NCBI GenBank assembly: GCA_965202625.1
Contig: CBDBBI010000010.1
Coordinates: forward strand, 1,024,001 to 1,088,000
Direction of reading: 5' to 3'
Origin: a bacterium
GTDB lineage: Bacteria > UBA8248
Length of the DNA: 64,000 bases
Shown: piece by piece, positions 1 through 10,687 of the stretch
Layout: each line of letters starts with the position of its first letter
How positions within the stretch are numbered: position 1 is the stretch's first letter
The notes under the pieces: generated by a model
Told to the model about the DNA's origin: nothing
Database searches by the model: none
Seen by the model: the letters and a program-made list of their open reading frames with translations, nothing else
Position numbers and translations under genes: made by a program

Positions 1-115
1 CCGCCTCTTGAACGCCTACTCCCAAAGTGCTGATGGCGGGTTTTTTAAGGTATTCGACGAGCTCCGCCAGGTTTTGCTCCCTTCTTGCTCGCAGAAAGTC
101 AATCACCGCCGACAT
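1..115 (-). CDS. M20/M25/M40 family metallo-hydrolase, N-terminal part (runs off window)
   Basis: Hand translation MSAVIDFLRARREQNLAELVEYLKKPAIST resembles M20 peptidase N-termini; GAAGGAG RBS upstream. Confidence 0.6.
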   Translation of the reverse strand, partial: MSAVIDFLRARREQNLAELVEYLKKPAISTLGVGVQEA

Positions 116-240
116 TGCGCTCTCCTTCACTAAAGACACAACGCTCCGAGATGTTGCCAAAATAGTTGAGCCAGATTATTCTTATCCTCTGCTTGAGTCG
201 CTTAGATTTTTCCCTGCCGCCGTGTAAGCAGTGAACTCGC

Positions 241-1200
241 ATGATTCGAAAACTTTGTAGCATAACCCGTCCCATTTTCAAGGTCATCCGTGCAAGACGA
301 CTCATCCTCTTCGTCCTCCCCATGCTCATGGTGACGAGCTGTACCCGACCTCGCACCCTGGGCCTCGCTTCCGCCCCTACTGGAAGGTACCATTATAAGG
401 AAATTCATGTTGACCTCCCCTCCAGCGTTGAAAACGCATCAATAGCGGGGTATCTAGCGCGCCCTTCTGGAAACGGGAGACATCCTTGTGTCATATTGCT
501 GCATGGGAAAGGCGGCTGGTGGCAAGCATACTCCCGCTACGCCCGGAAGCTTGCAAGCCACGGATTTTCCGCTTTGATCATCAACTATTACTCGGTGCAC
601 CAAGTCGACCTTGAGGGACTGATGACGCCTTTTGCCCAGCGAAAGCGGAATTTCGAGCGCCAAAACGAAGACATCAACCGATCCGTGTCCGCCTTTGCGA
701 GAAGCCCACATTGTGCAAAAGACGAAGTCGCCCTCATCGGATTCTCGCTCGGTGCGGACAAGGCTTTCAGGACGGCCGCGTCGCTTCCAGTAGTGAAAGC
801 CGTGGTAGCCTACTATGGCCCCTATGATTATGTTTCGCTCATCAAAAGCCGCATCAACCCCGCGGTTCTCGCCCTTGCGACCGGGGATTTACTCCGGTGG
901 AAAAAATATTTGGAATTCCACAGCCCAACGAACAAAATAAGGAATACGAAAGCTTCCGCTTTGATGTTTCATGGCGTGGCGGATGGGGTGATTCCTGTGC
1001 AGCAGTCATTCACGATGGTCAAAAGATTGCTATCACGGTCATCCGGCTCCACCGAGCTGAAACTCTATGAAGGCACCGGCCACAATTTTGTTCTCAGAAG
1101 AAACACGCGCCTAGAAAAAGAGGATTCTATTCGGCGTGCACTGCTTTTTCTCAAAAACCACCTGTCCCAGCCCCAAGTCCGGGAGCCGTCTAAAACGTGA
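241..1200 (+). CDS. Dienelactone hydrolase-like alpha/beta hydrolase
   Basis: LLHG motif, GFSLG nucleophile elbow, HGVAD and GTGH catalytic Asp/His segments, N-terminal hydrophobic segment with Cys. Confidence 0.8.
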   Translation: MIRKLCSITRPIFKVIRARRLILFVLPMLMVTSCTRPRTLGLASAPTGRYHYKEIHVDLPSSVENASIAGYLARPSGNGRHPCVILLHGKGGWWQAYSRYARKLASHGFSALIINYYSVHQVDLEGLMTPFAQRKRNFERQNEDINRSVSAFARSPHCAKDEVALIGFSLGADKAFRTAASLPVVKAVVAYYGPYDYVSLIKSRINPAVLALATGDLLRWKKYLEFHSPTNKIRNTKASALMFHGVADGVIPVQQSFTMVKRLLSRSSGSTELKLYEGTGHNFVLRRNTRLEKEDSIRRALLFLKNHLSQPQVREPSKT

Positions 1201-1273
1201 GGCGTAGACAAAAAACAAGCCCAAGACCTATCCTCTGAAAGCCAAAGCGAAAAACGAGGCGATTAATATACTG

Positions 1274-3499
1274 ATGGATACGACACCGGACGGCAGACAC
1301 GGCAAGAGCGAATCCTGGATTCGAGAATGGGTGGGCTGGAGCAAACTCAACCCCGCCGGAAACGTAGAGGCGGGTGCGTGGGGAACGTGGACGATCACCT
1401 ACCACGTGGGCAGATATGGGGTGGATGACGGCGGAACCATCGTTCTCTCACGCCGCTTCGCCAGCGATTGGGCCAAACCACAAACCACCACGCCAGGCGA
1501 GGCACACTATACGAGCGCGACCACGAGCGGAGGCGCCACTCTCAGAATAAGATGGGACCCTAAATCGAACGTCAGGCCCTGGCAACAGGGCTTGGCTATT
1601 GACGTATTTGACAGCTATCTGGCGGAAGGCGATACGGTGACCATCGTTCTGGGGGATAGAGCCGGCGGCGGCCGGGGAACCCGCGCTCAAACTTTTTGCG
1701 AAAACAATTTTCGTTTTCGGCTCTTTGTCGACTGCTTCGGCTCAAATCGCTTCATCGAAGCGGCCTATACGCCCACCTTCGCCATCCTCCCTGGCAAACC
1801 CGCTCGTCTCGCCATCCATGGCGCAACCGAACAAGCTCCCGACGAGAACTCTTGGATGCAGGTGAAACTTGAGGACCTATGGGGAAATCCCTGCCACGAC
1901 GTCGATGCGAAAGTATCCCTCGTCGCCGAAGAAGGCGTCTGTCGAGGGTTGCCCGAGTCTGTTCAATTCAAGCGCGGCCAGCCCGCGGTGGTTCGCCTGG
2001 AGAATTTACGCTGGAAATCCTCAGCGTGGGGACGCATACGCGGCAACGCGAACTTCGACATTCCTCCTGCGCACAGCCACTACGTTCGCGCGATGGCAAA
2101 AACGCACCGGTGGAAGCAATTCTGGGGCGACCTCCACGGCCAAAGCGAGGAGACGGTAGGCACGAACACGGTAGATGATTACTTCGCGTTCGCCCGCAAC
2201 ATGGCTGGAGCGCAATTCTCCTCTCATCAAGGAAACGATTTTCAGGTGACGAGGCAAACCTGGGACGCGGTTCGAACGGCCACGAAAAAATATAATTCGC
2301 CGGGTCGCTTCGTCACATTTCTAGGGGTCGAATGGTCGGCTGTGACGGGCATGGGCGGGGACAGGAATATTCTGTATCTTGGCAATGACGGACCCTTGCG
2401 CCGAACAAGCCACTGGCAAATAGACGACTGGGACGACCAGAAAAATGACCGATACCCCCTCGACAGGCTCTACGACGCTATGCAGGAACGCAGGGACGTC
2501 ACGCTCATCCCTCATATCGGGGGCCGACGAGCGAGTCTGGACTACCACCACGCGGAGCTTGAGCGCGTCATGGAGATATATTCCTCTTGGGGGCGATTCG
2601 AGTGGTTCGTGGAAGAGGCGCTGGAAAAGGGTTGGCGCGTGGGCATCACAGCGGGCAGCGACGGACACAAGGGACGGCCGGGAGCCAGCTACCCGGGCGC
2701 AGCTATTTTTGGAGTCTACGGCGGCTACACTTGCATCTACGCAGAAAAACTCACGCGAGAGAGCTTGTGGGAGGCGATTCAGTCAAGGCGCGTCTACGGG
2801 ACGACGGGAAAGAAAATTCATCTTTCCTTCTCGACAGAGGATCATTTTATGGGAGAAGAATTCGAATCCCCCAAGCCCCCTGTATTCAAGGTGCGGGCCA
2901 TGGGCGAATGCGGCATAGAATTGATAGAGCTGAAGCGGGCCTCCAAGACCATCTCCTCTTATCGTCCGAAAGATGGCGCCGCCCGAAATTCAGACTGGTT
3001 TCGCGTTTCCTGGAGCGGCGCGCGCATCCATCAGCGCAACCGCCAGACCCACTGGCATGGCGGGCTAAGGGTGGACAAAGGGAGAATCGATGCGCCGAGA
3101 AACTGGCAGATGGACAATTTGGAAGAAGGCATACAATCTGCCGACGAGCGGAGCATCCGGTGGCTGAGCCGTACAACCGGCGATGCGGACGGCGTCGAAT
3201 TTCACCTCTCAGACGAGGCGGGCGCGAGGCTCTTTTTCGAGACCGCCGTCGTTTCTTTTGAAGTGAAATTTGACGTGATCGGCACCGTTCCCTACGTCGT
3301 GGACGCAGGCGGCGTTCGCCAGAAAGTGGAAGTCCAGCGCATCAGCCCAGTTCAGGGCTACCCTGAGGCGAAAATCACTTTTAACGTCGATGAAAGCGAT
3401 TTTCACGATGGCTGGAACCCCTATTTTATCCGCCTTATGCAAGAGGACGGGGCGTTGGCCTGGAGCAGCCCGATTTTCGTGAAAAGAGGGAAAAAATGA
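1274..3499 (+). CDS. DUF3604-like PHP-fold metal-dependent protein
   Basis: WGDLHGQS, GVEWS, AGSDGH, YGTTG and terminal AWSSPIF motifs. Confidence 0.75.
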   Translation: MDTTPDGRHGKSESWIREWVGWSKLNPAGNVEAGAWGTWTITYHVGRYGVDDGGTIVLSRRFASDWAKPQTTTPGEAHYTSATTSGGATLRIRWDPKSNVRPWQQGLAIDVFDSYLAEGDTVTIVLGDRAGGGRGTRAQTFCENNFRFRLFVDCFGSNRFIEAAYTPTFAILPGKPARLAIHGATEQAPDENSWMQVKLEDLWGNPCHDVDAKVSLVAEEGVCRGLPESVQFKRGQPAVVRLENLRWKSSAWGRIRGNANFDIPPAHSHYVRAMAKTHRWKQFWGDLHGQSEETVGTNTVDDYFAFARNMAGAQFSSHQGNDFQVTRQTWDAVRTATKKYNSPGRFVTFLGVEWSAVTGMGGDRNILYLGNDGPLRRTSHWQIDDWDDQKNDRYPLDRLYDAMQERRDVTLIPHIGGRRASLDYHHAELERVMEIYSSWGRFEWFVEEALEKGWRVGITAGSDGHKGRPGASYPGAAIFGVYGGYTCIYAEKLTRESLWEAIQSRRVYGTTGKKIHLSFSTEDHFMGEEFESPKPPVFKVRAMGECGIELIELKRASKTISSYRPKDGAARNSDWFRVSWSGARIHQRNRQTHWHGGLRVDKGRIDAPRNWQMDNLEEGIQSADERSIRWLSRTTGDADGVEFHLSDEAGARLFFETAVVSFEVKFDVIGTVPYVVDAGGVRQKVEVQRISPVQGYPEAKITFNVDESDFHDGWNPYFIRLMQEDGALAWSSPIFVKRGKK

Positions 3500-4221
3500 C
3501 GGCGCACGAACTTCCCGCCTTGGATGAGGATTGGCGTCGTGCGCTCGCAATCGTGGCGCATCCGGACGACATGGAGTTTGGCGCGTCGAGTGCGGTCGCT
3601 AGATGGACGGCGCAAGGCAAGGATGTTTCCTATGTCCTCATGACGAGTGGCGAGGCGGGCATCAATGGCATGTCGCCAGAGGAGGCGGGGCCCGCCAGAG
3701 AGGAGGAAGAATACAAAAGCGCCGCCATAGTCGGCGTCGAAAGTGTAGAGTTCCTAGGCTATACAGATGGGGTGATAGAGTACAATCTGGACCTAAGGCG
3801 CGACCTCGCTCGAAAGATTAGAACCTATCAACCAGACATCCTAATCACCCTGTCCCATCATCTCACCTGGCCGGGCGGCCCCTTGAACATGGCGGATCAT
3901 CGCTGGCTCGCTTATGGCGTGATGGACGCGGGCCGTGACGCAGGCAACCGCTGGATTTTTCCGGAACTCTTGGACGAGGGGTTGGAGCCTTGGACGGGCG
4001 TTCGCGCGGTTTTGCTCAGCGGCTCGCCAAAACCCACACACGCGGTGGACGTCACCGATCACTTGGAGAGAGGAATATCATCCCTCCAAGCCCACAAACT
4101 CTATCTCGACAACCTCGATGGAGGGTTTGACGCTGTAGGCTTCCTCACCCAGGCGGCGGTCGAAACAGGCAAACGCGCTGGCTTTCACTACGCGGCGTCA
4201 TTTGAGACAATTTCTATATGA
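3496..4221 (+). CDS. PIG-L family deacetylase
   Basis: AHPDD motif, TSGEAG, ADH; ATGA overlap with the upstream gene. Confidence 0.9.
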   Translation: MTAHELPALDEDWRRALAIVAHPDDMEFGASSAVARWTAQGKDVSYVLMTSGEAGINGMSPEEAGPAREEEEYKSAAIVGVESVEFLGYTDGVIEYNLDLRRDLARKIRTYQPDILITLSHHLTWPGGPLNMADHRWLAYGVMDAGRDAGNRWIFPELLDEGLEPWTGVRAVLLSGSPKPTHAVDVTDHLERGISSLQAHKLYLDNLDGGFDAVGFLTQAAVETGKRAGFHYAASFETISI

Positions 4222-4340
4222 GTTTCAAAAAATTGGATCGAGGACTATATCTTCTAAGCTGAATTGAGTAGTATGGCGATTACGTTTGACGCTCCTTATC
4301 CTGTTGTTTGTTATCATCTTTGACTTTTACGAGGAAATGG

Positions 4341-5285
4341 ATGCTCGGCGAAGCGACCAAAAAAGAATTAAGCGAAAAACATTACAACGCTACCCTTGCG
4401 AACATCGTGTGGCAGCATGAAACGTTGGCGTGTTTTCGGGTAAAACCCGACTTTGATTTTCCCCAATACAAATCAGGTCAATATACGACGCTGGGCCTTG
4501 GCAACTGGGAGCCTCGCCACAAGGACGCCGTCAAGGAAGGAGAACTTGATGAGAAAAAAATAAGGCGATTGGGCAGGCGCGCCTATTCCGTGTCCCATCC
4601 TGTGCTCAACGAGGCGGGCGAACTCTACCCAGCCGAGCATTTGGACTTCTTAGAATTCTACATCGTCATGGTGACTGGCGTGGAAAGCGAACCCGCCCCT
4701 CTTCTCACCCCAAGGCTCTTTCTCTTAAAAGCCGGCGATCGCATTCATATGGGTCAAAAATTCACGGGCGAATATACGCTCGACTGCATGAGCAACATTC
4801 GGGACAACGAGGACTCTTTCGTCATCTTCGCCGCCACAGGAACTGGAGAGGGCCCGCACAACCACATGATTTGGGAGCTTCTTCGCACCGGCTACAAAGG
4901 CCAGATCGCCAGCATCAACGTCGCGCGATACAAGAAAGACCTCGCATATGAGCCCCTCTACCGGAAGCTCGAGAAGAAATACCCAACCCTCTCGTACCAC
5001 ACGCTCACCACGCGCGAAACGGATACCATCCACAACAAGGTATATGTGCAGGATTATCTGGCCTCGGGCGCATTCGAGGAGAACATGAGTCGCAAGATGG
5101 ATACAAAAAACACGCATCTGTTCTTATGCGGCAACCCCGCGATGATCGGCATCCCCAAAGTTCATGAAGGCAACAAGATATGGCCCGAAGGGGCGCCGGG
5201 CGTCATCCAAATCATGGAAGATCGCGGCTTCACGATGGACTACGGCCGGACGAAGGGCAACATTCACTACGAAAAATACTGGTAA
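4341..5285 (+). CDS. Ferredoxin-NADP(+) reductase family protein
   Basis: GQYTTLG, RAYS, ATGTG, LCGNPAM and C-terminal EKYW. Confidence 0.85.
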   Translation: MLGEATKKELSEKHYNATLANIVWQHETLACFRVKPDFDFPQYKSGQYTTLGLGNWEPRHKDAVKEGELDEKKIRRLGRRAYSVSHPVLNEAGELYPAEHLDFLEFYIVMVTGVESEPAPLLTPRLFLLKAGDRIHMGQKFTGEYTLDCMSNIRDNEDSFVIFAATGTGEGPHNHMIWELLRTGYKGQIASINVARYKKDLAYEPLYRKLEKKYPTLSYHTLTTRETDTIHNKVYVQDYLASGAFEENMSRKMDTKNTHLFLCGNPAMIGIPKVHEGNKIWPEGAPGVIQIMEDRGFTMDYGRTKGNIHYEKYW

Positions 5286-5341
5286 GACCACAAGTTTAGG
5301 CGTCACCTCAGCTCAAACAGACAAAATTCGCAGGAGAGCCG

Positions 5342-6099
5342 ATGCCCACTCTGATTCAGAAAGACAAAGGCGTGTTCTCCACCTTGAAATTCAACCGAAA
5401 AGACGTTCGCAACGCCATCAACGAAGAAATTATGCAGAGTCTCTCCGATACCATCCACACCCTCAAGGCATCGCGCGGGCGATGAGGCGTTCTGCTCGGG
5501 CGGCGACTTGAAATGGCTTCAAACTTTTGAATCCCGTAAGGCGTAAGGACGGCATGTCCATGAGTAGGCGCATGCAGACGATACTGAGACGCCTTTCTTC
5601 ATTGCCGGTACCCGTCATCGCCATTCTGAATGGATACGCCCTCGGCGGCGGCGCTGAAATCGCCATGGCCTGCGATATACGGATCATGGAGGAACACGCC
5701 TATATACGCTTCAAGCAAGCGCGCGTGGGCCTCATGCCGGGTTGGGGAGGCAGAGGGCGGGTCCTCCGTGCGGTCGGCTATGGACGAGCGATCGAATTAT
5801 TGACCACTTGCAAAGACCTCCACCCTGAAGACCCACTGGAAATGGGACTCGCCAACACCGTTGTCCCCAAGGGAGACGGTCTCCGCGTCGCTAAAGCGAT
5901 GGTGGGGGAAATCGCTAAAAGCGCTCCCGGAGCGATTCGCTCTCTGAAGGAATTACTCTTGTTCGGCCTGGAAAATACACAGGAGAAAACAGCGAGTGCA
6001 GAATCATCGCTGCTTGCGGAGCTTTGGACGTCTCAGGATCATGGCGAGACGATAAAAGCATTTTTTGAGAAGCGAAGCCCCGACTTCAAGGGAAGATAA
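5342..6099 (+). pseudogene. Enoyl-CoA hydratase/isomerase, disrupted near the 5' end
   Basis: MPTLIQ..FNRKDVRNAI stops at about 5485; AFCSGGDL lies in another frame; NGYALGGG..ACDIR lies in ORF 5527-6099. Confidence 0.75.
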
Positions 6100-6104
6100 C
6101 CAGT

Positions 6105-7691
6105 ATGGCAGCCGACTATCGCCAGGTGAAAACGCACGCGGGCCTCCTCGTTCAAAATACATATGGGACTGGGGACGCGCCCCGGGATCATGAACCGGGC
6201 GAGCCGGGCGTTTATCCTTTCACGCGGGGCATCCACCCAGAAATGTACAGAAAGCGTCTATGGACGATGCGTCAGTCCTCGGGCTTTGGAACCGCAGAGG
6301 AGACAAACCGGCGCTATCGCTTCTTGCTTGATGAGGGAAACACCGGGCTTTCTGTCGCACTCGACCTCCCTACGCAGCTCGGACTCGACAGCGACGACGA
6401 AAAATCATCGGGCGAGGTCGGTAAAGTCGGCGTGGCCATCGACTCCCTAGCGGACATGGAGACCATATTCGAGGACATTCCGCTCGACAGGATCAGCTCG
6501 TCTTTCACCATCAATTCAACGGCCGCCATTCTTTATGCCATGTACGTCATCGTTGCAAAGAAACAGGGCGTTTCGCCCTCTCAGCTCACCGGCACGATTC
6601 AGAACGACATTCTGAAAGAATACATCGCTCGCGGAACATGGATATTTCCGCCTGAGCCCTCTTTAAGACTGATTGTCGATACCGTTGAATATGGCGTGAA
6701 AAACACCCCGAAGTTCAACACGATCAGCGCCGCGGGCTCTCACTTCAGAGACGCGGGCGCAACCGCCGTCCAAGAAGGCGGGCTCACCCTAGCCGACGCC
6801 GTCGTTTACGTGGAGAGATGCTTGGAGCGCGGGCTAGACATTGATGAGTTCGCCCCCAGGGTCAGCTTTTATTTTTACACCCACATGGATTTTTTCGAGG
6901 AAATCGCCAAATATCGCGCCATGCGAACGCTGTGGGCCAAAATTATGCGCGAGCGGTTCGGGGCAAAAAACAAGAGGAGCTGGCTGTTCCGCTTCGGCGT
7001 CGCCTGCGGTGGCAGCACTCTTACCGCGCAAGAGCCTGAGAACAACATTGTCAGAGTCACCTACGAGGCGCTGTCCGCCATCTTGGGCGGCGCCCAAACC
7101 ATTTTCACCTGCGCTTATGACGAGGCGCTTGCGCTGCCGACGGAGGAAAGCGCCCTGCTCGCCCTGCGCACCCAGCAAATCATCGCCCACGAAAGTGGCG
7201 CATCCGACGTGGCAGACCCCCTAGGTGGCTCATATTTTTTGGAAAATCTGACCGCTCGCATGGAAGCGGAAATGGTGAAAATTATTGAAGACATCGAAGA
7301 ACGAGGCGGCATGGTCGAGTGCATTCATCGGGGCGTCGTCCAAAGCTGGATAGCCGAGAGCGCCTTCCGCTGTCAGAAAGAGGTGGAAGCACGAGAGCGA
7401 ACGATCGTGGGCGTAAATAAATACGCGCAGGAAGAGCCATCCCCTCAAGAGATATTCACCATCGATCCTGAACTTGAGGAACGCCAAAAGAAAATGGTCG
7501 ATAAAGTGAGAAAAGAACGCGATTCCGCCCAGGTGGAGACGGCCCTCAAGCGTCTTGAATACACCGCCAAAAGCGATGAGAACCTTATGGAGGTAATCTT
7601 TCAGTCCGTGGAAGCCTACGCCACCATCGGGGAGATGACGAATGTGCTCCGTGGCGTTTTCGGAGAATTTCAAGAACCCATGGCTTTCTAA
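6105..7691 (+). CDS. Methylmalonyl-CoA mutase family, substrate-binding (large) subunit with atypical active site
   Basis: PGVYPFTRG, GLSVALDLPTQLG, GTIQNDILKE, DPLGGSY; no DxHxxG B12-binding domain. Confidence 0.9.
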   Translation: MAADYRQVKTHAGLLVQNTYGTGDAPRDHEPGEPGVYPFTRGIHPEMYRKRLWTMRQSSGFGTAEETNRRYRFLLDEGNTGLSVALDLPTQLGLDSDDEKSSGEVGKVGVAIDSLADMETIFEDIPLDRISSSFTINSTAAILYAMYVIVAKKQGVSPSQLTGTIQNDILKEYIARGTWIFPPEPSLRLIVDTVEYGVKNTPKFNTISAAGSHFRDAGATAVQEGGLTLADAVVYVERCLERGLDIDEFAPRVSFYFYTHMDFFEEIAKYRAMRTLWAKIMRERFGAKNKRSWLFRFGVACGGSTLTAQEPENNIVRVTYEALSAILGGAQTIFTCAYDEALALPTEESALLALRTQQIIAHESGASDVADPLGGSYFLENLTARMEAEMVKIIEDIEERGGMVECIHRGVVQSWIAESAFRCQKEVEARERTIVGVNKYAQEEPSPQEIFTIDPELEERQKKMVDKVRKERDSAQVETALKRLEYTAKSDENLMEVIFQSVEAYATIGEMTNVLRGVFGEFQEPMAF

Positions 7692-7811
7692 CGAGCCTCT
7701 CTCCCCCGTCCGCTTGCCCAGCCGGGCGAAACGCGAAATAATCCCCCTCGAGAAAAAAACAATATGGACTCAGCATCCCATACGATATGCGCATAGGAGG
7801 TAGGCACAAAA

Positions 7812-9680
7812 ATGTGGACAGACGCCGAAAATGGAAACACCGCGCCAGCCGATTACAGGTATAGAAGCGCGACCGTTGACCTTAGCAGCCGAAACATCAC
7901 GCTCACAGATAAGCACTGTGAGGACTTAGAGGATTTTCTGGGCGGAATCGGCAGGATTTTCAAAATTCTCTCCCACCACGACGTATCCGACCCCTATGTC
8001 CCCTCTGCCCCGCTCGTGATGGAGCTTGGCTGCTTCTCGGGGACGAACCTGATGACGGGATTGAGGACTTTCTTTGGTGGCTACAGCCCTCTCAAAAGCA
8101 CGCGCGCCGGTGCGCCCTCGGCCATGTATTCAGCAGGTTCCGGCAAATTCGGAACCAAGGTGGCCTGCGCGGGTATAGATGAAATCGTCTTTACCGGAAG
8201 AAGCGAGGAGCCCGTGATGCTGTTGATCAAGAGCGATACCCTCGGCGGGCCCGCACACATAGAGATCGTGGACGCATCCTATCTTCTGGGGAAAGATTCG
8301 CATGAGAAAATCATGGCGCTCGCCAGTGAGTATGGCGACGCGCATTTCGCCGTCGTCGGTCCGCCAGGAGAGAATTACAAGACGAATCGGATGGCGTCCA
8401 TCGTCCTGAGCACGGAAAACCAGATCAAAACGGGGGAGTGCAAACCGAGATTTTGTGGGCGCGGCGGCTTCGGTGGCGTGATGGGCTCTAAAAATCTCAT
8501 CGCTATCATCGCGCAAGCACCCGACGACAAAACGGCCGTCACGGAGGTCGTGAAGGCGGCGAACAAGATCATCTCCCGAGGGGCCGGCTCCAAGAACTAC
8601 CGCGATGCCCACAAGGCCGACGGCGGCGGCGGCACGTGGCGAAACATCGCGGGGCTCCATCCTCTGGGCTGCTTGCCGGAGAGAAACTTTTGGGCACCGA
8701 ACAACGATGACGCCGTTCAACTCTACCGGGGCAGTTTTGAAGAGTCCTACGTCATCAAGGACGAATCCTGCTTCAAATGTGGCATCGCGTGCCACAAAAA
8801 CATCTACGATAGGCCCGAAGGCGAAACGGCCGAAGGAAGAAAAGCGAGGAAGGGAAAATTCAGGGTCAAATTCGACTACGAGCCACTCGATCTCATCACA
8901 GCGAACTGCGGCGTCTATGAAGCGGAAGAATCGCTCGATCTAGTCGAACTAGGCGACCGTATGGGCTATGACGCCATCAGCCTGGGCGCCACCATCAGCT
9001 ACGCCATGGAATGGAACGAGCGAAACCCCGACGAACCCGTGCTGGACAACATCCGTTTCGGCGACGCCCGGAAGATGGAGGAGCTAATCCGAAAAGCGGC
9101 GGCCGGAGAGTGTGAGGAGCTGGCGCAGGGCACCATGCGCCTAGCCCAGCAATGCGGAGATCTTTCCTTCGCCATGCAAGGAAAAGGTCTCGAATACCCC
9201 GCCTATCTACCCGAAACCAACCCTGGCTACCCTTGGGCGCTGGCCGGCGGCCACATGAGCATGCGTACGTTCTTACTCCTCATCCTAGACGGCCAGAAAA
9301 CAGACATAGACTATTGGGAAAACGCCATCCTGAACGGCATCTACTATACCAGGGACGACCTCATCGGCACCTGCAAGTTCGCAGGAGCCCCGAATGAAAA
9401 TATCGTCGATAGTTTAAACGACATGTTCGGTCTCTCCTTGACGGAGGAGGGCGTGAACAAGGCGATCAGACGCTCCTACCTACGGGGGCGTTTGCTGGAG
9501 AAGAAAGTAGGCTATACAGATGAGGAATACGACGTGCCCGCCCGCGTGTATGAACGGGTGAATGAAAACGTCAAAATGCCCAGTTTCATCACCCGCGAAT
9601 TCATGGACGAACTGAAGAAACGAACCGAGAAGAATTTGGACAGGCTCACGAAGGAGGAGGACATCGCCCTCCCCGTTTAG
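7812..9680 (+). CDS. Aldehyde:ferredoxin oxidoreductase family protein
   Basis: GRGGFGGVMGSKNL, CxxCxxxC, DRMGYDAIS, KGLEYPAY, CKF; AGGAGG RBS. Confidence 0.88.
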   Translation: MWTDAENGNTAPADYRYRSATVDLSSRNITLTDKHCEDLEDFLGGIGRIFKILSHHDVSDPYVPSAPLVMELGCFSGTNLMTGLRTFFGGYSPLKSTRAGAPSAMYSAGSGKFGTKVACAGIDEIVFTGRSEEPVMLLIKSDTLGGPAHIEIVDASYLLGKDSHEKIMALASEYGDAHFAVVGPPGENYKTNRMASIVLSTENQIKTGECKPRFCGRGGFGGVMGSKNLIAIIAQAPDDKTAVTEVVKAANKIISRGAGSKNYRDAHKADGGGGTWRNIAGLHPLGCLPERNFWAPNNDDAVQLYRGSFEESYVIKDESCFKCGIACHKNIYDRPEGETAEGRKARKGKFRVKFDYEPLDLITANCGVYEAEESLDLVELGDRMGYDAISLGATISYAMEWNERNPDEPVLDNIRFGDARKMEELIRKAAAGECEELAQGTMRLAQQCGDLSFAMQGKGLEYPAYLPETNPGYPWALAGGHMSMRTFLLLILDGQKTDIDYWENAILNGIYYTRDDLIGTCKFAGAPNENIVDSLNDMFGLSLTEEGVNKAIRRSYLRGRLLEKKVGYTDEEYDVPARVYERVNENVKMPSFITREFMDELKKRTEKNLDRLTKEEDIALPV

Positions 9681-9897
9681 GTGCGGCATCGGAACGAAAA
9701 ACGCCCCCCAAGCACTCCCCAGCAGGGCGTTTTCGCCTCATTAAACGCAACCGAGTTCCCTCAGGAGCGGCTCTCTCCCCATCCACCTTGCGCCGTCTCG
9801 AGAATGGAGAATGATTTTAGCGGCGCTTTTGAGATGCGGCCATTCAAATGCTCGTTGCCCACAAATCCGCCGCCATTACCCCACGCGCAGCTAAACC

Positions 9898-10644
9898 CTA
9901 AACCCCCCGCCTGTCTCCCCACAACATGACGTGCAGCCTGGGGGTGAACCGAAAACCACGGTTCATCGAAACTTCAGCCAAAGAGGACGATCTGCCTTCC
10001 ATCTGCTCGCGCGTCTGGCCCCCCGGGGAGATGATGACCCGCTCTCGCGGGAACCCACAAAGACCGTAGGCTTCAAGGATAGCCTCGACTTCATCCAATT
10101 CATCCGGCCGATGAAGCACGAATTTAAGATAAGGCTCCTTGACGCGCTGTAACCAAGCGAGGGTTTTCGGCCGTTTCTCCTCTGAGATTCGCGCCGATTT
10201 CAGCTTGGGCGAGACATTCCACTGATCCACCCATTTGAGGGCGACCTCGGGTGGTGGAACATGGCCGGCCGTTTCCACCTCTACTCTGAAACCCGCGCGT
10301 GAAAGCGATACAACAAGTGCTGAGAACTGGGGGGACTCTAAGGGTTCTCCACCCGTCAGCACCACTTGGGCACCGTCGTGCGCCTCACAAAAATCCAGAA
10401 TTTCAGAGATCCTTTTTTCTGCCACAGGAGGACCCGACCAGGAATACTTCGTATCGCACCACGCGCAGGCCACCGCGCAGCCCATCAGGCGAACGAAAAT
10501 AGAGGGACGGCCGATGGAGGCGCCCTCCCCCTGCAAAGAGAAAAAAAGCGGATCGGCAAGGGGCACCGCCAAATCCGCTTCTTCTCTTGTTTTTCTCACC
10601 ACGCTACGCCCACCTCCTGGCCACGTTTCCCTTGTCATTCCCAA
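9898..10644 (-). CDS. queE: 7-carboxy-7-deazaguanine synthase (radical SAM)
   Basis: SLQGEG, CAVACAWCDT, TGGEP, VSPKL, PRLH..LWG. Confidence 0.88.
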   Translation of the reverse strand: MGMTRETWPGGGRSVVRKTREEADLAVPLADPLFFSLQGEGASIGRPSIFVRLMGCAVACAWCDTKYSWSGPPVAEKRISEILDFCEAHDGAQVVLTGGEPLESPQFSALVVSLSRAGFRVEVETAGHVPPPEVALKWVDQWNVSPKLKSARISEEKRPKTLAWLQRVKEPYLKFVLHRPDELDEVEAILEAYGLCGFPRERVIISPGGQTREQMEGRSSSLAEVSMNRGFRFTPRLHVMLWGDRRGV

Positions 10645-10687
10645 CCCGGGAAGCCGAAAGAGCAGCAGAATAAAACATCAGAAAAAA

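Noticed and set aside
9898-10644. QueE as part of a 7-deazaguanine DNA modification (dpd) island
   Set aside because: No dpdA, queC, queD or folE nearby; context looks like housekeeping.
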